Origin: Macrostomum lignano
Taxonomy: Eukaryota
DNA length: 64,000 bases
Assembly: GCA_002269645.1 (NCBI GenBank)
Contig: NIVC01002394.1
Span: forward strand, 1 to 64,000
Reading direction: 5' to 3'
The stretch's first letter is position 1. Every line of letters begins with the position of its first letter. Positions 13,101 to 29,436 of the stretch are shown in pieces. The notes beneath the pieces were generated by a model that saw only the letters and a program-made list of their open reading frames with translations, was not told where the DNA came from and searched no databases. The position numbers and the translations under genes are program-made.

Positions 13101-16100
13101 CATTTGATTAAATTGCCATTTCATTTGATTAAAGCGCCATTTCATTTGACTAAAGCGCCATTTCTTTTGACTAAAGCGCCATTTCATTTGATTAAATTGC
13201 CATTTCATTTGATTAAATTGCCATTTCATTTGATTAAATTGCCATTTCATTGACTAAAGCGCCATTTCATTGACTAAAGCGCCATTTCATTTGATTAAAT
13301 TGCCATTTCATATGATTAAATTGCCATTTCATTTGATTAAATTGCCATTTCATTGACTAAAGCGCCATTTCATTGACTAAAGCGCCATTTCATTTGATTA
13401 AATTGCCATTTCATTTGATTAAAGCGCCATTTCATTTGACTAAAGCGCCATTTCTTTTGACTAAAGCGCCATTTCATTTGATTAAATTGCCATTTCATTT
13501 GATTAAATTGCCATTTCATTGACTAAAGCGCCATTTCATTGACTAAAGCGCCATTTCATTTGATTAAATTGCCATTTCATTTGATTAAATTGCCATTTCA
13601 TTTGATTAAATTGCCATTTCATTGACTAAAGCGCCATTTCATTGACTAAAGCGCCATTTCATTTGATTAAATTGCCATTTCATTTGACTAAAGTGCCATT
13701 TCATTTGACTAAAGTGCCATTTCATTGACTAAAGCGCCATTTCATTTGACTAAAATGCCATTTCATTTGACTAAAGCGCCATTTCATTTGACTAAAGCGC
13801 CATTTCTTTTGACTAAAGCGCCATTTCTTTTGACTAAAGCGCCATTTTTGACTAAAGCGCCATTTTTTTACTACAGCGTCATTTCATTTGACTAAAGTGC
13901 CATTTCATTTGACTAAAGTGCCATTTCATTGACTAAAGCGCCATTTCATTTGACTAAAATGCCATTTCATTTGACTAAAGCGCCATTTCATTTGACTAAA
14001 GCGCCATTTCTTTTGACTAAAGCGCCATTTCTTTTGACTAAAGCGCCATTTTTGACTAAAGCGCCATTTTTTTAGTACAGCGTCATTTCATTTGACTGTA
14101 GTGCCATTTCATTTGATTGGGGAGCCATTTCATTTGACTTGGGTGTCATTTTATTTGATTCGCCTCTTGTGAATATTGAATGGCCTAATAAACAAATAGT
14201 AAAAAAACACGATTTTATGATTTTAAGCTTTTCCAATACGACTAAACGATTAATTTGACGATTAACCTCAGAATAGACTTTAGGTAATATTGAAGATAGC
14301 CGTATGAAGTCACTGGTGAGGTTTAGGAAACAAGATCCACTATAATTCCAATGCAGAATCAGAGTTCAAAATGCTTGCCCGAATCTGTGTTAAGTTGCAT
14401 GTTAGCTACAGCTATCTGCTTTTTCCTTGTGCACACAAAAGCTGATGCCAATGCTTTCCTGTCTCACAGCAGCTGATGGTGTCATTATATAACGAGCATT
14501 TCCTCAGAGTTAGGCGTTGAGTCAACAGTGCTCACAGAGAAAGATGCATCACGAGGCTATGTTTGCAATTTGCATACCAGCTATAGAGTTTGAACTGCTT
14601 AGTCTCACACTTGGTGAATGTGATGAACGTGGATTCCATTCAGAATGAGTCACTTATCCAGTTGAGAATGAGTCACTTATCCAGTGGAGAATGAGTCACT
14701 TATCCAGTTGAGAATGAGTCACTTATCCAGTTGAGAATGAGTCACTTATCCAGTTGAGAATGAGTCACTTATCCAGTTGAGAATGAGTCACTTATCCAGT
14801 TGAGAATGAGTCACTTATCCAGTTGAGAATGAGTCACTTATCCAGTTGAGAATGAGTCACTTATCCAGTTGAGAATGAGTCACTTATGCAGTTGAGAATG
14901 AGTCACTTATGCAGTTGAGAATGAGTCACTTATCCAGTTGAGAATGAGTCACTTATCCAGTTGAGAATGAGTCACTTATCCAGTTGAGAATGAGTCACTT
15001 ATCCAGTTGAGAATGAGTCACTTATGCAGTTGAGAATGAGTCACTTATCCAGTTGAGAATGAGTCACTTATGCAGTTGAGAATGAGTCACTTATCCAGTT
15101 GAGAATGAGTCACTTATCCAGTTGAGAATGAGTCACTTATCCAGTTGAGAATGAGTCACTTATCCAGTTGAGAATGAGTCACTTATCCAGTTGAGAATGA
15201 GTCACTTATCCAGTTGAGAATGAGTCACTTATGCAGTTGAGAATGAGTCACTTATGCAGTTGAGAATGAGTCACTTATCCAGTTGAGAATGAGTCACTTA
15301 TCCAGTTCAAAATGAGTCACTTATCCAGCTCTCACTTAGCCTTGATGACAGTGAGCACTCCGCTCCTGCTCAGCTGCCTGATTTCGCTCTCGAGCTGGCC
15401 AACCAGTCCGGACTCGGTGAGGGCCCGGAGACCGGGGCTGGCAAAGCCGCCGGCCTGCCAGATGGTGTAGCTCCGGTCGTGAGTCACGCCTGCGGGTTGG
15501 TTGTCAGGTAGGCGGGCACCTGGCTGAAGCGGCACCTTGTTTGAAATCGATCGAATTCTAAACGAACCGGAGGTCGAACTTGAAACCCAACCGGCAATCC
15601 AGCCACGAACCCAACCGGAACTCCAAGCAGGAACCAAATCGGAACTCCAATCAGGAACCAAGCCGGAACTCCAATCACGAAACAAACCGGAATTCCAATC
15701 AGGAACTCAACCGGAACTCCAATCAGGAACCCAATTAACTTGAAATCCCAGTAAAAACCCAACCGGAAATCCAGTAGAAACCCAACCGGAACTACAATCA
15801 GGAACCCAACCAGAATTCCGATCAGAAACCCAACCGGAACTCCAATCAGGAACCCAACCGGAACTCCAATCAGGAACTTAACCGGAAATCACAGCAGGAA
15901 CCCAACCGGAAATCCAACAGCAAATCTAACCGAAAGCCCAACTGAAATTTCAAGCAGGAGTCGACATCAAAGCAGTACTCACCAAGCAGCTGGGACCAGG
16001 CCAGGCGAGCTGCACTCCTGGCCGACGGCAGTAGCCGCCAGGGCAGCGCCAGGCTCTGGAACTGCAGCTGGTAGTTGGCCGAGCCACAGGCACAGCACTC

Positions 16101-16718
16101 GGCCGCGGGCAGGCGCAGCAGGGCCGGGTCCCCCAGCACCGGAGCCCGGCAGAGCACCCGGCTGTCGCGGACCCACCAGCCTGCCCGGCCAGCTCCATCG
16201 GTCTCCAGCTCGGCCAGAGCGCGAAGTTCGACGCACTCGGCAGTGTCGGAGCTCGCCGCCGACGGCGCCGTCCAGTCGAATTCCAGCTGGCTGCGCTGCC
16301 GCCGTCCTCTTCGCCAGCAGTCGGCGGCGCAGGTAAAAGAGACGCAGTCGGCGTCCGGTACGTCGGTCAGGGGCTCCCTGGCCAGCAGGCGGCCGACGTC
16401 GCGCCCGACAGTCCGGTGAGGCCTGATGCCGACTGTGTAGGCACGAAGCTTGGCGCCCGACTCGGCCAGCACGGCGATGACGTAATCACCGTCTGGCTGG
16501 TAGTGCCCGCCGAGCAGCATGGCGTTGAGCTCGTCCGAGTCCGTCGCGCCCTGGGCAGGAAACAACCGGATCCGCAGCGGCTTCACCGGCGCCACTGCTG
16601 CCGCGGCCGCCGCCGGTCTGCTGAGGTTGCGGCAGCTGTCGAGAGCCGCACCGAAACCAGCGACGATGCAGGCCGTTGCAGCAATGAACAGCCAGCGAAT
16701 GGCCGGGCCCGTCCGCAT
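10140..16718 (-). CDS. Spondin-1/F-spondin-like secreted protein (Reeler + Spondin_N, no TSR repeats), ~417 aa
   Basis: Phase-compatible exons 16718-15983, 15489-15336 and 10503-10140. Signal peptide, Reeler-like FDWTAP...CVELRA, CCACGSANYQLQF, YTIWQAGGFASPG...VLTVIKAK and DLC...WDAGT match the Spondin_N pattern. Confidence 0.85.
11836..14150. repeat. 20/21-bp minisatellite (~110 units) in spondin intron 2
   Basis: Units CCATTTCATTGACTAAAGCG and CCATTTCATTTGATTAAATTG occur in recurring blocks. Confidence 0.95.
14641..15330. repeat. 23-bp minisatellite (~30 copies) abutting the spondin exon 2 donor
   Basis: Unit GAGAATGAGTCACTTATCCAGTT. Confidence 0.95.
15575..15950. repeat. Degenerate 24-bp repeat in spondin intron 1
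   Basis: Variants of the unit AACCCAACCGGAACTCCAATCAGG. Confidence 0.85.
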
Positions 16719-17509
16719 TGAGGTTTCTTAGAATAGGAAAAACACAGAACGCTACTGTAGGCTTAGCGGCCCAGTTTGTAAGTTGCTTTCTGCTCTGCTC
16801 TTAACCCCTCAGTCCTCTCGTCTCCACCCAGTCCCGCACCGCCGCTCGCGAATCTCTCTCTCTCTCTCTGTCTGTCCTGTGTCTCTCAGCTGGGAGCAAA
16901 AGCCAATTTCCCGAGGTTTCCTCTTCAACTCCGATACTCCTCCCTGCACGTAATCTTGCAGACTCTCCACTCTGTCTTTCTAGTTTCAGCTATGGGCTTT
17001 CAGGCAGCTCTTCCCCATTCTAACAGAGGATTGTAATTAAAATTTGGCGCACCGCTTGACCAACGCGAGAACTGGGAGGAGGGGAGGGGGGCAGACGAAG
17101 GCCAAAGTCTGGAAAAGTAGTTTTGAAAGAATTATCGCGCCCGGACACAAAGTGGGCGGGCGCGGCACCCCTGGGAGGCTGAGGGGTGGATTCCGCATTC
17201 AATACAATTCCAGCTGACCACAGATGATCGCCACAGGGAGCTGCTCTGCTGTTGGGAAGGGGTTTCCAGTGTCATGGAGGGAGGGGCGGGCATTGCCCAG
17301 TAGGAGCTCACGCAGCTGTCTGAATCCCATCCCGGATTTCATTTCTTTCCTTTCGAACTGCAGTTTCCCCATCTCCGCGTGCTTGTTTTTGCCAATTGTT
17401 TTAAAGCTGGCGGAAAGTGCCTGACGGTGGGGAGCAAAATCTGAATAGCAGATAGCAACGCAAATACAAATGATTTGTCCATGCGACTGTCTGCCTGTCC
17501 GTTTGTCTT

Positions 17510-17998
<489 letters not shown>

Positions 17999-18250
17999 CT
18001 TCTATCGATATAACATGTCTGTGTTATTACATAGAATGCAGTTGAAATGTCTATGGCCATTCTTTCTTTTGATTTGCGAGCTCTGGGCCATAGACGAAGT
18101 TTTGATGGTCCAGGTCTAGAGATGGACAGTAAAACTGAAGGAGCTAGAAAAATGTTAAATGTATATTTTTTCAAATCTGTCAGGACTAAGCTGTGCTTGA
18201 GTTCTGAAAATGATCAACCATTTAATTAATTATTCCAATCTGCCGGGAGA

Positions 18251-19628
18251 ATGGTTTCCGGTATGTCGACCGAAGAGCTGGCGTGGGTATCATCCGAGTC
18301 GAACAGCCGGTATTTGGAGGAACTGAGCGAAGAATTTGCGCGCAAGATAGAATCAGAAGAGATTCTCGACATTCCGGAGGACGTGATGCAAAAGTTAAAT
18401 CAGCTTGAACAAAATGGAATACCGGACTCCTCCGCCCGGCAGATGGAGGACAATGTGAGCCGCTTCAAGACTTTTCTGGAAGAAATGAAACTGTCAACGG
18501 ATCTGCTGCGAATTCCAAAGTCGATTCTGGCTAATTATTTGCGTTTCTTCTATTCGACACTGCGAACAAAGGACGAGCGGTACTATGCTCCAGCAAGTCT
18601 CATCTGCATTAGAGCCGGACTGCATCGCTTCTTCTGTCTCAGTCGCCCAGAGATTAACATTATTGCGGACATGGCCTTCGCAAATGCGAATCGGATGTTC
18701 CTATCGATGGTTTAGAAGTACAAGCTAGCCAATCAACCAAAATCGCGAGATGGATTTGCTGTGATCGAGAAAAGTGACCTCCAGAAGATCATGAGCTACT
18801 TTGACAGATCAAGTGGTGACGCACTCCAGAAAGAGGTCATGTTCCATTTAATTTATTATTTTGGACTGCGTGGACGGGAGACCCTACCAACACTGACGAG
18901 GGAGAGTTTCGTGTTTCAAGTGGATTCTGAAGGCCGTGACTATGTCGCTCTGAACCATGACCTTCTTAGTAAGAATTCTAAGGCATCTCTGAAGAAGACC
19001 GAGTTCCAGGATGCAAAGCTAGCACGCATGTATTCGGATTCTGAGAATCGGAATTGCTCTGTTGCTGCCTTGAAGAGGATCTGTCTGTCTACAGTGCCTA
19101 GCGGATCTACACATCGAATCGCTTTTACCGAAGCCGTGCGTCAATGTTTCGAAAGGTACGTCCGGTAAGCGATGGTACTGTGTCTCCCGTACACTGGGCA
19201 AGAACACGATCGATCAACTCATGAGTCAACTGTCAACAAATCTCGGTCTCTCTAAACGCTATACGAATCATTGCATTCGTGTAACGCACGTCACGGTTTT
19301 GAAAGAGCACGGATTTTCGAATGCAGCGATTGCTAGCAGCACCGGTCACAAGAATCCGGAGAGTGTTGAACGATACTGTCGAATGAGGAGAGACGCCGAC
19401 TTTCGAGCGATGTCAGAGGCGCTGAGCGTTGATGCCAGCGCATCGACCGTGTGCGTTAAACGTGTGGGCCCTACTGGTGTGGTGTCGATAAAGGAAGCAG
19501 TAGCTACGTGCAAAGATCGTCTTGCTGAAGGACAAGTTGAGCAGGCTGCGCCAGCTCCATCGGTCAGTGTGAATTTCTCTGGAACATTTCAAAATTGTAC
19601 GTTCGATTTCCACGGCCTGAAAGACTAA
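18251..19628 (+). mobile_element. Crypton-type tyrosine recombinase (DUF3504-like), disabled by one stop and one frameshift
   Basis: YFGLRGRE, WYC...LGKNT, YTNHCIR.T, GHKN..S...Y give the R-H-x-x-R-H-Y catalytic set. In-frame TAG at 18713-18715 and a frameshift at about 19075-19110. Confidence 0.8.
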
Positions 19629-20023
19629 TTTAATTTAACTAACTGATCGTCTCTCTTTGCATGCTTATAAGCGCATAAACTTCTGCTGTTATTTGTTGGC
19701 CTCTGTTTCACACTGTTGTTCTATTTCGCTCTATTACTGAAATAGAAAATACCATAGACAATTCAAGGCACGAATTCCCACATTGACGCCCGGAAAAGGG
19801 ACGCTTAAGCCCGCAAAATTTAATGACAATACTTCTTATCTTGCAACCCATATCTATGGTATGAGTCCTATTCATATGCATGCTTTGGAAGTATCATTTT
19901 CAATTGTCTATTATACTCGTAATAGTCAGGTTTTTCTCAAAGAAGCCAGTAGATTATAAACTACAGCAGACACAAACTTTCCTAATTACTTACTTGCCCG
20001 GCAACCAAGACTAGTTTACAGCA

Positions 20024-23000
20024 ATGTCTCACCTTAAGAGTCAACAGCGACGCAGGGTCAACTGCAGGGACTGCACTCTCGACATCCGCGTTTCCATGGT
20101 GCTCCTGGAGATCCAGCCGGGTGAATCTGAGCACTCCGATGGCGCCGAGTCCGTATCGTCCTGCGCCTCGCCGGTGCAAAATGATGAGGAAAAACCGGTA
20201 AGCTACTTAAAGTAGTTTACTAGCTAGTTATTTTCTGGGGTGCAAGCAGTCAGATTCATTCGGCTGACCCCTGAGCAGGCGCACGCTCACACAGAATGTG
20301 CAGCGCTCCAGACGTTCTCATTGTCAGGCGAGCTTTGCAAGCTCTCCCTGTGAAAGTGAAAATGTTCTGAAACTTTGAATTTAATAAACGAAAAATCCTG
20401 GGATTGTAAAAAATCTTGCAGGAGGGAGTTTCTGAGCAGCGCCGAGTTGGTAGCGATGAATCAGCCTTCGGCGAAGGCAGCTGGTCGAGCTCCTCGTTCC
20501 CACCGACCAGCCATCTTGTCTGTCGCCTGACCAACAGTTCCGACAGCTGCAGCAGCGGCGGCGATTCTGCGATTGTGCGATCGCCAGTTGAGTCCGCGGT
20601 ACAGCCTGGCAGAGCGAGGCCTGTGTACACGGCGGACAGTGAGTCTAGGGGGCTCCGTGGTAACCATGGCAACATCGCTTGTGCTTGCTTGAGAAGCTTA
20701 TAATTTACTTAGCAAATTTTTGTGTAGATAGAGCGTTGGGCGCCAGAATGAGTATTCCGTGCTTAAATGAATACTCGGTGCCTAGATGAATACTCGGTGC
20801 CTAGATGAATACTCGGTGCCTAGATGAATACTCGGTGCCTAGATGAGAATTCGGTGTCTAGATGAGTACTCGGTGCCTAGATGAGTACTCGGTGCCTAGA
20901 TGATTTCTCGGTGCCTAGATGAGTACTGGGTGCCTAGATGAGCATTCGGTGCCTAGACGATTATTCGGTGTCTAGATGAGTACTCGGTGCCTAGATGAGT
21001 ACTCGGTGCCTAGATGAGTATTCGGTGCCTAGATGAGTATTCGGTGCCTAGATGAATACTCGGTGCCTAGATGAATACTCGGTGCCTAGATGAGTACTCG
21101 GTGCCTAGACGAGTATTCGGTGTCTAGATGAGTACTCGGTGCCTAGACGAGTATTCGGTGCATAGATGAGTATGAGCTTCATATGGTGTACTCTATTATC
21201 TTTCCAATATATAGTACTAAAATCTCAATCTTTGTATCTTTATCTCTATCTTTTATATCTGACTCTAACACAAAAAATTATAAAGGTAGTTTTCTCAAGT
21301 TCGCACTCAGGGATCATAGTTAATTTTTAAATCCAAATATAGAAAAAATGGCCTTGAAACGTAAAATATGTTTCTCCTTCAAATACTCGTATGTTGTCCG
21401 TTTTATGCGAAACTTGTCACTACTCATTAGTAGAGAGATAGAAACATGTACAGTAAAATTTAGTAGTAGCGAGTTTTACCAACTGGCGAATTTCTTTTCA
21501 GCTGACACAGAAAACTGTACCACCGATTTTACTTACGCTTCCGTGGTCTCTCGTCTCGAGTCGGATGACAGCGACACCCTGCCCGCGCTTCCTGTGCAGC
21601 TGCCTGCCGAACTACCGACAGTGCAGCAGCAGACGCAGTGTTGCTGGCTCTGCCAGAAAGCTGACCCAGTCTCTGCTGTCAAATGGTGAGCTCTTTATAG
21701 TCTGAGCTGGATTGCTGCAAACCAGCTGTGTGCACTGACCCGCGTAGGATCTCTCTGACCCGCGTAGGACCTCTCTGACCCGCGTAGGATCTCTCTGACT
21801 CACGTAGGATCTCTCTGACCCGCGTAGGATCTCTCTGACCCGCGTAGGACCTCTCTGACCCGCGTAGGATCTCTCTGACCCGCGTAGGATCTCTCTGACC
21901 CGCGTAGGATCTCTCTAACCCGCGTAGGATCTCTCTGACCCGCGTAGGACCTCTCTGACCTAGGTAGGATCTCTCTGACCCACGTAGGATCTCTCTGACC
22001 CGCGTAGGATCTCTCTGATCCGCGTGGATCTCTCTAACCCGCGTGGATCTCTCTGACCCGCGTAGGATCTCTCTGACCCGCGTAGGACCTCTCTGACCCG
22101 CGTAGAATCTCTCTGACCCGCGTAGGACCTCTCTGACCCGCGTAGGATCTCTCTGACCCGCGTAGAATCTCTCTGACCCGCGTAGGACCTCTCTGACCCG
22201 CGTAGGATCTCTCTGACCCACGTAGGATCTCTCTGACCTGCGTAGGACCTCTCTGACCCGCGTAGGATCTCTCTGACCCGCGTAGGATCTCTCTGACCCG
22301 CGTAGGATCTCTCTGACCCGCGTAGGATCTCTCTGACCCGCGTAGGATCTCTGTGACTCACGTAGGTTCTCTCTGACCCACGTAGGATAACGCTGACCCA
22401 AAGCTGTTCACTGCGACCCAAAAATTCTTGTTCTAAAAGCCGCTTTCTAATTGACGAAAAGTGTTGCTATTTAAAGTCAAACTGATAAAAATTGTTTTGA
22501 CTGAAGCATGGAAAGTTATGCAAAATTTCCTCATTTATAAATAATTTGTTTTCCCAGTCCCTCAAACGGCCGCCGAGACGCCGCCACCCAGACGGTGGGC
22601 GGAAAAGTTGCTCCGCCTTCCAGAGTCGCTGCCGGATTGCCAGCTGCGCAGAGTCACCGGCGAACAGCTGAAAGGTGCAATCACTTCACCCATAGTGGCA
22701 GCTCAGTTCTGATAACCAGTTGACTCAGGAGTGTGAGATCTGCTCAGCAATGATTCAGGAGTGTGAGATCTGCTCAGCAATGATTCAGGAGTGTGAGATC
22801 TGCTCAGCAATGATCCAGGAGTGTGAGATCTGCTCAGCAATGATTCAGGAGTGTGAGATCTGCTCAGCAATGATTCAAGAGTGTGAGATCTGCTCAGCAA
22901 TGATTCAGGAGTGTATGATCTGCTCAGCAATGATTCAGGAGTGTATGATCTGCTCAGCAATGATTCAGGAGTGTGAGATCTGCTCAGCAATGATTCAGGA

Positions 23001-23891
23001 GTGTATGATCTGCTCAGCAATGATTCAGGAGTGTGAGATCTGCTCAGCAATGATTCAGGAGTGTATGATCTGCTCAGCAATGGTTCAGGAGTGTATGATC
23101 TGCTCAGCAATGATTCAGGAGTGTGAGATCTGCTCAGCAATGGTTCAGGAGTGTGAGATCTGCTCAGCAATGATTCAGGAGTGTATGATCTGCTCAGCAA
23201 TGATTCAGGAGTGTGAGATCTGCTCAGCAATGATTCAGGAGTGTGAGATCTGCTCAGCAATGATTCAAGAGTGTGAGATCTGCTCAGCAATGATTCAGGA
23301 GTGTGAGATCTGCTCAGCAATGATTCAAGAGTGTGAGATCTGCTCAGCAATGATTCGGGAGTGTGAGATCTGCTCAGCAATGATTCAGGAGTGTGAGATC
23401 TGCTCAGCAATGATTCAGGAGTGTGAGATCTGCTCAGCAATGATTCAGGAGTGTGAGATCTGCTCAGCAATGATTCAAGAGTGTGAGATCTGCTCAGCAA
23501 TGATTCGGGAGTGTGAGATCTGCTCAGCAATGATTCAGGAGTGTGAGATCTGCTCAGCAATGATTCAGGAGTGTGAGAAACTTCAGTTAAGACCACTTCA
23601 TTGCTTAAACTATTTTCGATTTCGTATTCAAAGATATCCCTTAATCCCCACGTGTTCAACAGCCGCTCCGCAGGTGCAGCAGCCGCCGCCCATCTCTGGA
23701 CTCGGTCGAGCTTCAGTCCAAGTCAGCGTCAGCAACAAGTGCAAAACCGGGCCAAAACCGACCCCAGAACCATCAACAGTTCTCCAGGACTCAGTCGGAG
23801 GTTTCCGACTAGCCAGATGCCGCTAAAGTGCATTTCCGGCAGCTGGGGCAAGCGTCGCGAACTCTGGAAAGAGTGGAGACCCACCAGCTAG
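20024..23891 (+). CDS. Uncharacterised low-complexity Ser/Pro/Gln-rich protein (5 predicted exons)
   Basis: Phase-compatible GC-rich exons 20024-20197, 20422-20638, 21502-21685, 22558-22674 and 23663-23891 with GT/AG sites. The last acceptor is ambiguous and no family was recognised. Confidence 0.55.
20752..21175. repeat. 19-bp minisatellite (intronic)
   Basis: Unit GATGAGTACTCGGTGCCTA. Confidence 0.93.
21735..22400. repeat. 20-bp minisatellite (intronic)
   Basis: Unit CTCTCTGACCCGCGTAGGAT; it explains the repetitive ORFs 21679-22421. Confidence 0.95.
22725..23578. repeat. 30-bp minisatellite (~28 copies, intronic)
   Basis: Unit TGCTCAGCAATGATTCAGGAGTGTGAGATC; it explains the MIQECEICSA and SRSHTPESLL ORFs. 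Confidence 0.95.
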
Positions 23892-24228
23892 AAGAGCTGG
23901 CGCATTCTATGCACATGTTTTATGGCTTCAGTCCCAGGAATCATTTTGGCTTCCGTTTCATGAACCGCTCAGGTTGCAATTTTAACCACTGAAGGTTATT
24001 TTTTTTGCTTTTCCCTAGGGAACCACCAGTAGTACTTCAAGTAAGACCATTCGCATTTCTACCCTGCATTCTAAGTCGTTAAGATGCAGCTGCTCGTGTA
24101 GTCAGAAAGCTTCTTCAGCGAGCCGGCCTAGAATTTTCCTACTTTCATTGTGTTATTTAAATATACGAGTAAATGTGTTTGCCAGCTCCAATGCAGCTGC
24201 TCTTCCATGCATTTCTTTTTTGTCTGCG

Positions 24229-27136
<2,908 letters not shown>

Positions 27137-27949
27137 GGTCTGTGGTCCTTCTAGTAGATATTCCGAATCGAAAATTGTCGCATTAAATCGTCAGGCACAG
27201 AGCTTACATATGAAGGAAATGCAAGCACTGTTTAGCCCATATCCCCCACACTCTCTCACCCTGCTCTGTGTAGTCACCTTCTTCTCAGCCCAGCCCAGTT
27301 GAGCAGGGCTGACTCAGTTGCAAGCGGCACTGCTGTCGCCCCTCAGTGTTTCTGTACTCGATTTTTTTACTCAGAATCGAAAAAATGTTTTCAGGTACGT
27401 GCGCGGCTGCATTTTCGGTAGGGTGGGGGCAGATTTTCTAATAAAGCTGGGGTTGCCAGGGCAGGCAGGCAGGCATGCAGTGCTATCGCAGGGCACAACG
27501 GTGATTTTATTGAGCTGTTTAGGCGGCTGCTCTCCCAACCTGCTCCAATTCTAAGCTATTGATTTTTACCCGTTTCGTGCCTGGATCACGGATTCGAGAG
27601 TGAGCGCGAGTGTGTGTGCGAGGGGGTGGATTTTTAGAAACATTGAAATAACACATTGCAGAACTGGAGATTTCCCCGGTCCTGTTGAACCAATATACGA
27701 ATCTCTCTATTTGAGAAAAATAACTTTGTTTGGAGAAAATGAGAGCATAGTTTCTGGGTCATGGCTCAAGTAGTCCTGTCTTGTCGCGTGAACTGCAGCT
27801 TCGCTTAATTAAATAAAGGACACTTGAAGCACCAACCGTTCAAGTCTATCTCATTTGACTCTCTGGCCTCTGAATCGCGCTCATTAAACTCCTACAGAAT
27901 GCATTGGCAAAAAAATTTGATGTACTCTTATGAACCAAAATAAATTGAT

Positions 27950-28317
27950 AGAGGGAGGGTGAGAGATGAGAGAAGAGAGAGGAGAGAGAGGAGAGAGAGA
28001 GAAGAGGAGAGGAGAGAGGAGAGAGGGGAGCGAGAAGAGAGCGTGGGAGACTAGAGAGGAGGGAGAGGAGGAGAGAGAGAGGAGAGAGGAGAGAGGGGAG
28101 CGAGAAGAGAGCGTGGGAGACTAGAGAGGAGGGAGAGGAGGAGAGAGAGAGGAGAGAGGAGAGAGGAGAAGGAAAGGGAGAGAAGGTGAAAGAAGAGACA
28201 GAAGAGAGGAGAGGAGAGGGTAGAAGAAAAGGAAAAGAATGAGGGATAGGAGAGAGAGGAGAAATGAGAAGGAAAGGGAGAGAGGGAGAGAGGAGAGAAG
28301 GGGGAAGTAGAAAGGAA

Positions 28318-28388
<71 letters not shown>

Positions 28389-28505
28389 GGAAGGAGAGGA
28401 AATTGAAGAGTGGAGAGAGAAGAGAGAGGGGGGAGAGGGGGAGAGAGAAGAGACAGGAGAGAGGGGGAGAGAGAAGAGGCAAGGACAGGAGAGAGGGGAG
28501 AGATG
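27950..28505. repeat. GA-rich polypurine tract including (GA)n
   Basis: Almost purely purine on the + strand, with an internal duplication containing GAGCGAGAAGAGAGCGTGGGAGACTAGAG. Confidence 0.93.
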
Positions 28506-29436
28506 GAAACAAAGAGTTGAATCAGTTTATTCAACTCAAATCAACCGGTAAAGTTAGTAGACTTTCGCGCCTCTCAAGGCCAAGTAAGCAGTGCTCAGCA
28601 GTGCTCAGTAATGCTAGCCTATTTAATTTGTTTACAATCTTTCTTGTCTCCCCTCTCACTATCCATACAACTTACCCCTGAAAAACTAGCACAAAGTACT
28701 GCCGGAAACGCTGGGACTTAGGATTAGACATTGGCGCTATGCCTGTAGCCAGTTTTAATCTTATCAGTGAGCGCCTATCTATCGCTCGCAATGCAGAGCT
28801 CAGAACTCAGAGACTACTGAGGGTTGGTGTGCCCAATGAATTTCTACATTTGGCATTGTAGAGTCTCGACTTTCCATGCTTCTTATCCGAAGGGCGCTCT
28901 CTCTGTCCATACTTGATGCCCCCTGCTGAGAATTCGTTAATTCCTTTTGAGTCGCCGCCGCCCTGCCGCTGTCACCGCCATTTTTGAAACAATAAAAACT
29001 CGTTACACTAAAAGTTTATAACAAAATTTTCAAACGTGTGTTTTTCTCTATTGCTGCCTTTTCCGTCCAGTCTTTTGCCTTTTAACAACACTATTTTTGA
29101 CTGCCTGAGGCCTGACTCACCTCAATACAGTGTTTTCTCTATCTTTTATTCGCCAACTCTCGCTATAGGTTCTGTCTGATTTTGCTCCAGGGCAAATACA
29201 GCAGTTGCTCGTCAAGGAGAACTAAAAACCTGTATCTGGAGTGTCAACACCCTCACGCATTCAGTCAGTCTGGTTTTTCACCTGGATTATCGCATTTCGA
29301 ATCATTAATCACTCTAGTATAGCTAATCTCTATCAGGGCACGCGTTTACCGGTCATAACGTTTCTTATCTAATAATGCAAGTTTGAAAAAGACAGTTGAG
29401 CCGTTTTATTAAATGTCGGTTAAATATAACTCTGCC

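Noticed and set aside
21679-23826. Long ORFs with RSYAGQRDPT, MIQECEICSA and SRSHTPESLL repeats
   Set aside because: Stop-free minisatellite units inside predicted introns, open on both strands, with no splice support.
28790-28985. Minus-strand ATG in good context (MAVTAAGRRRLKRN*)
   Set aside because: It stops after 14 codons, and the alternative frames gave no family that could be supported.
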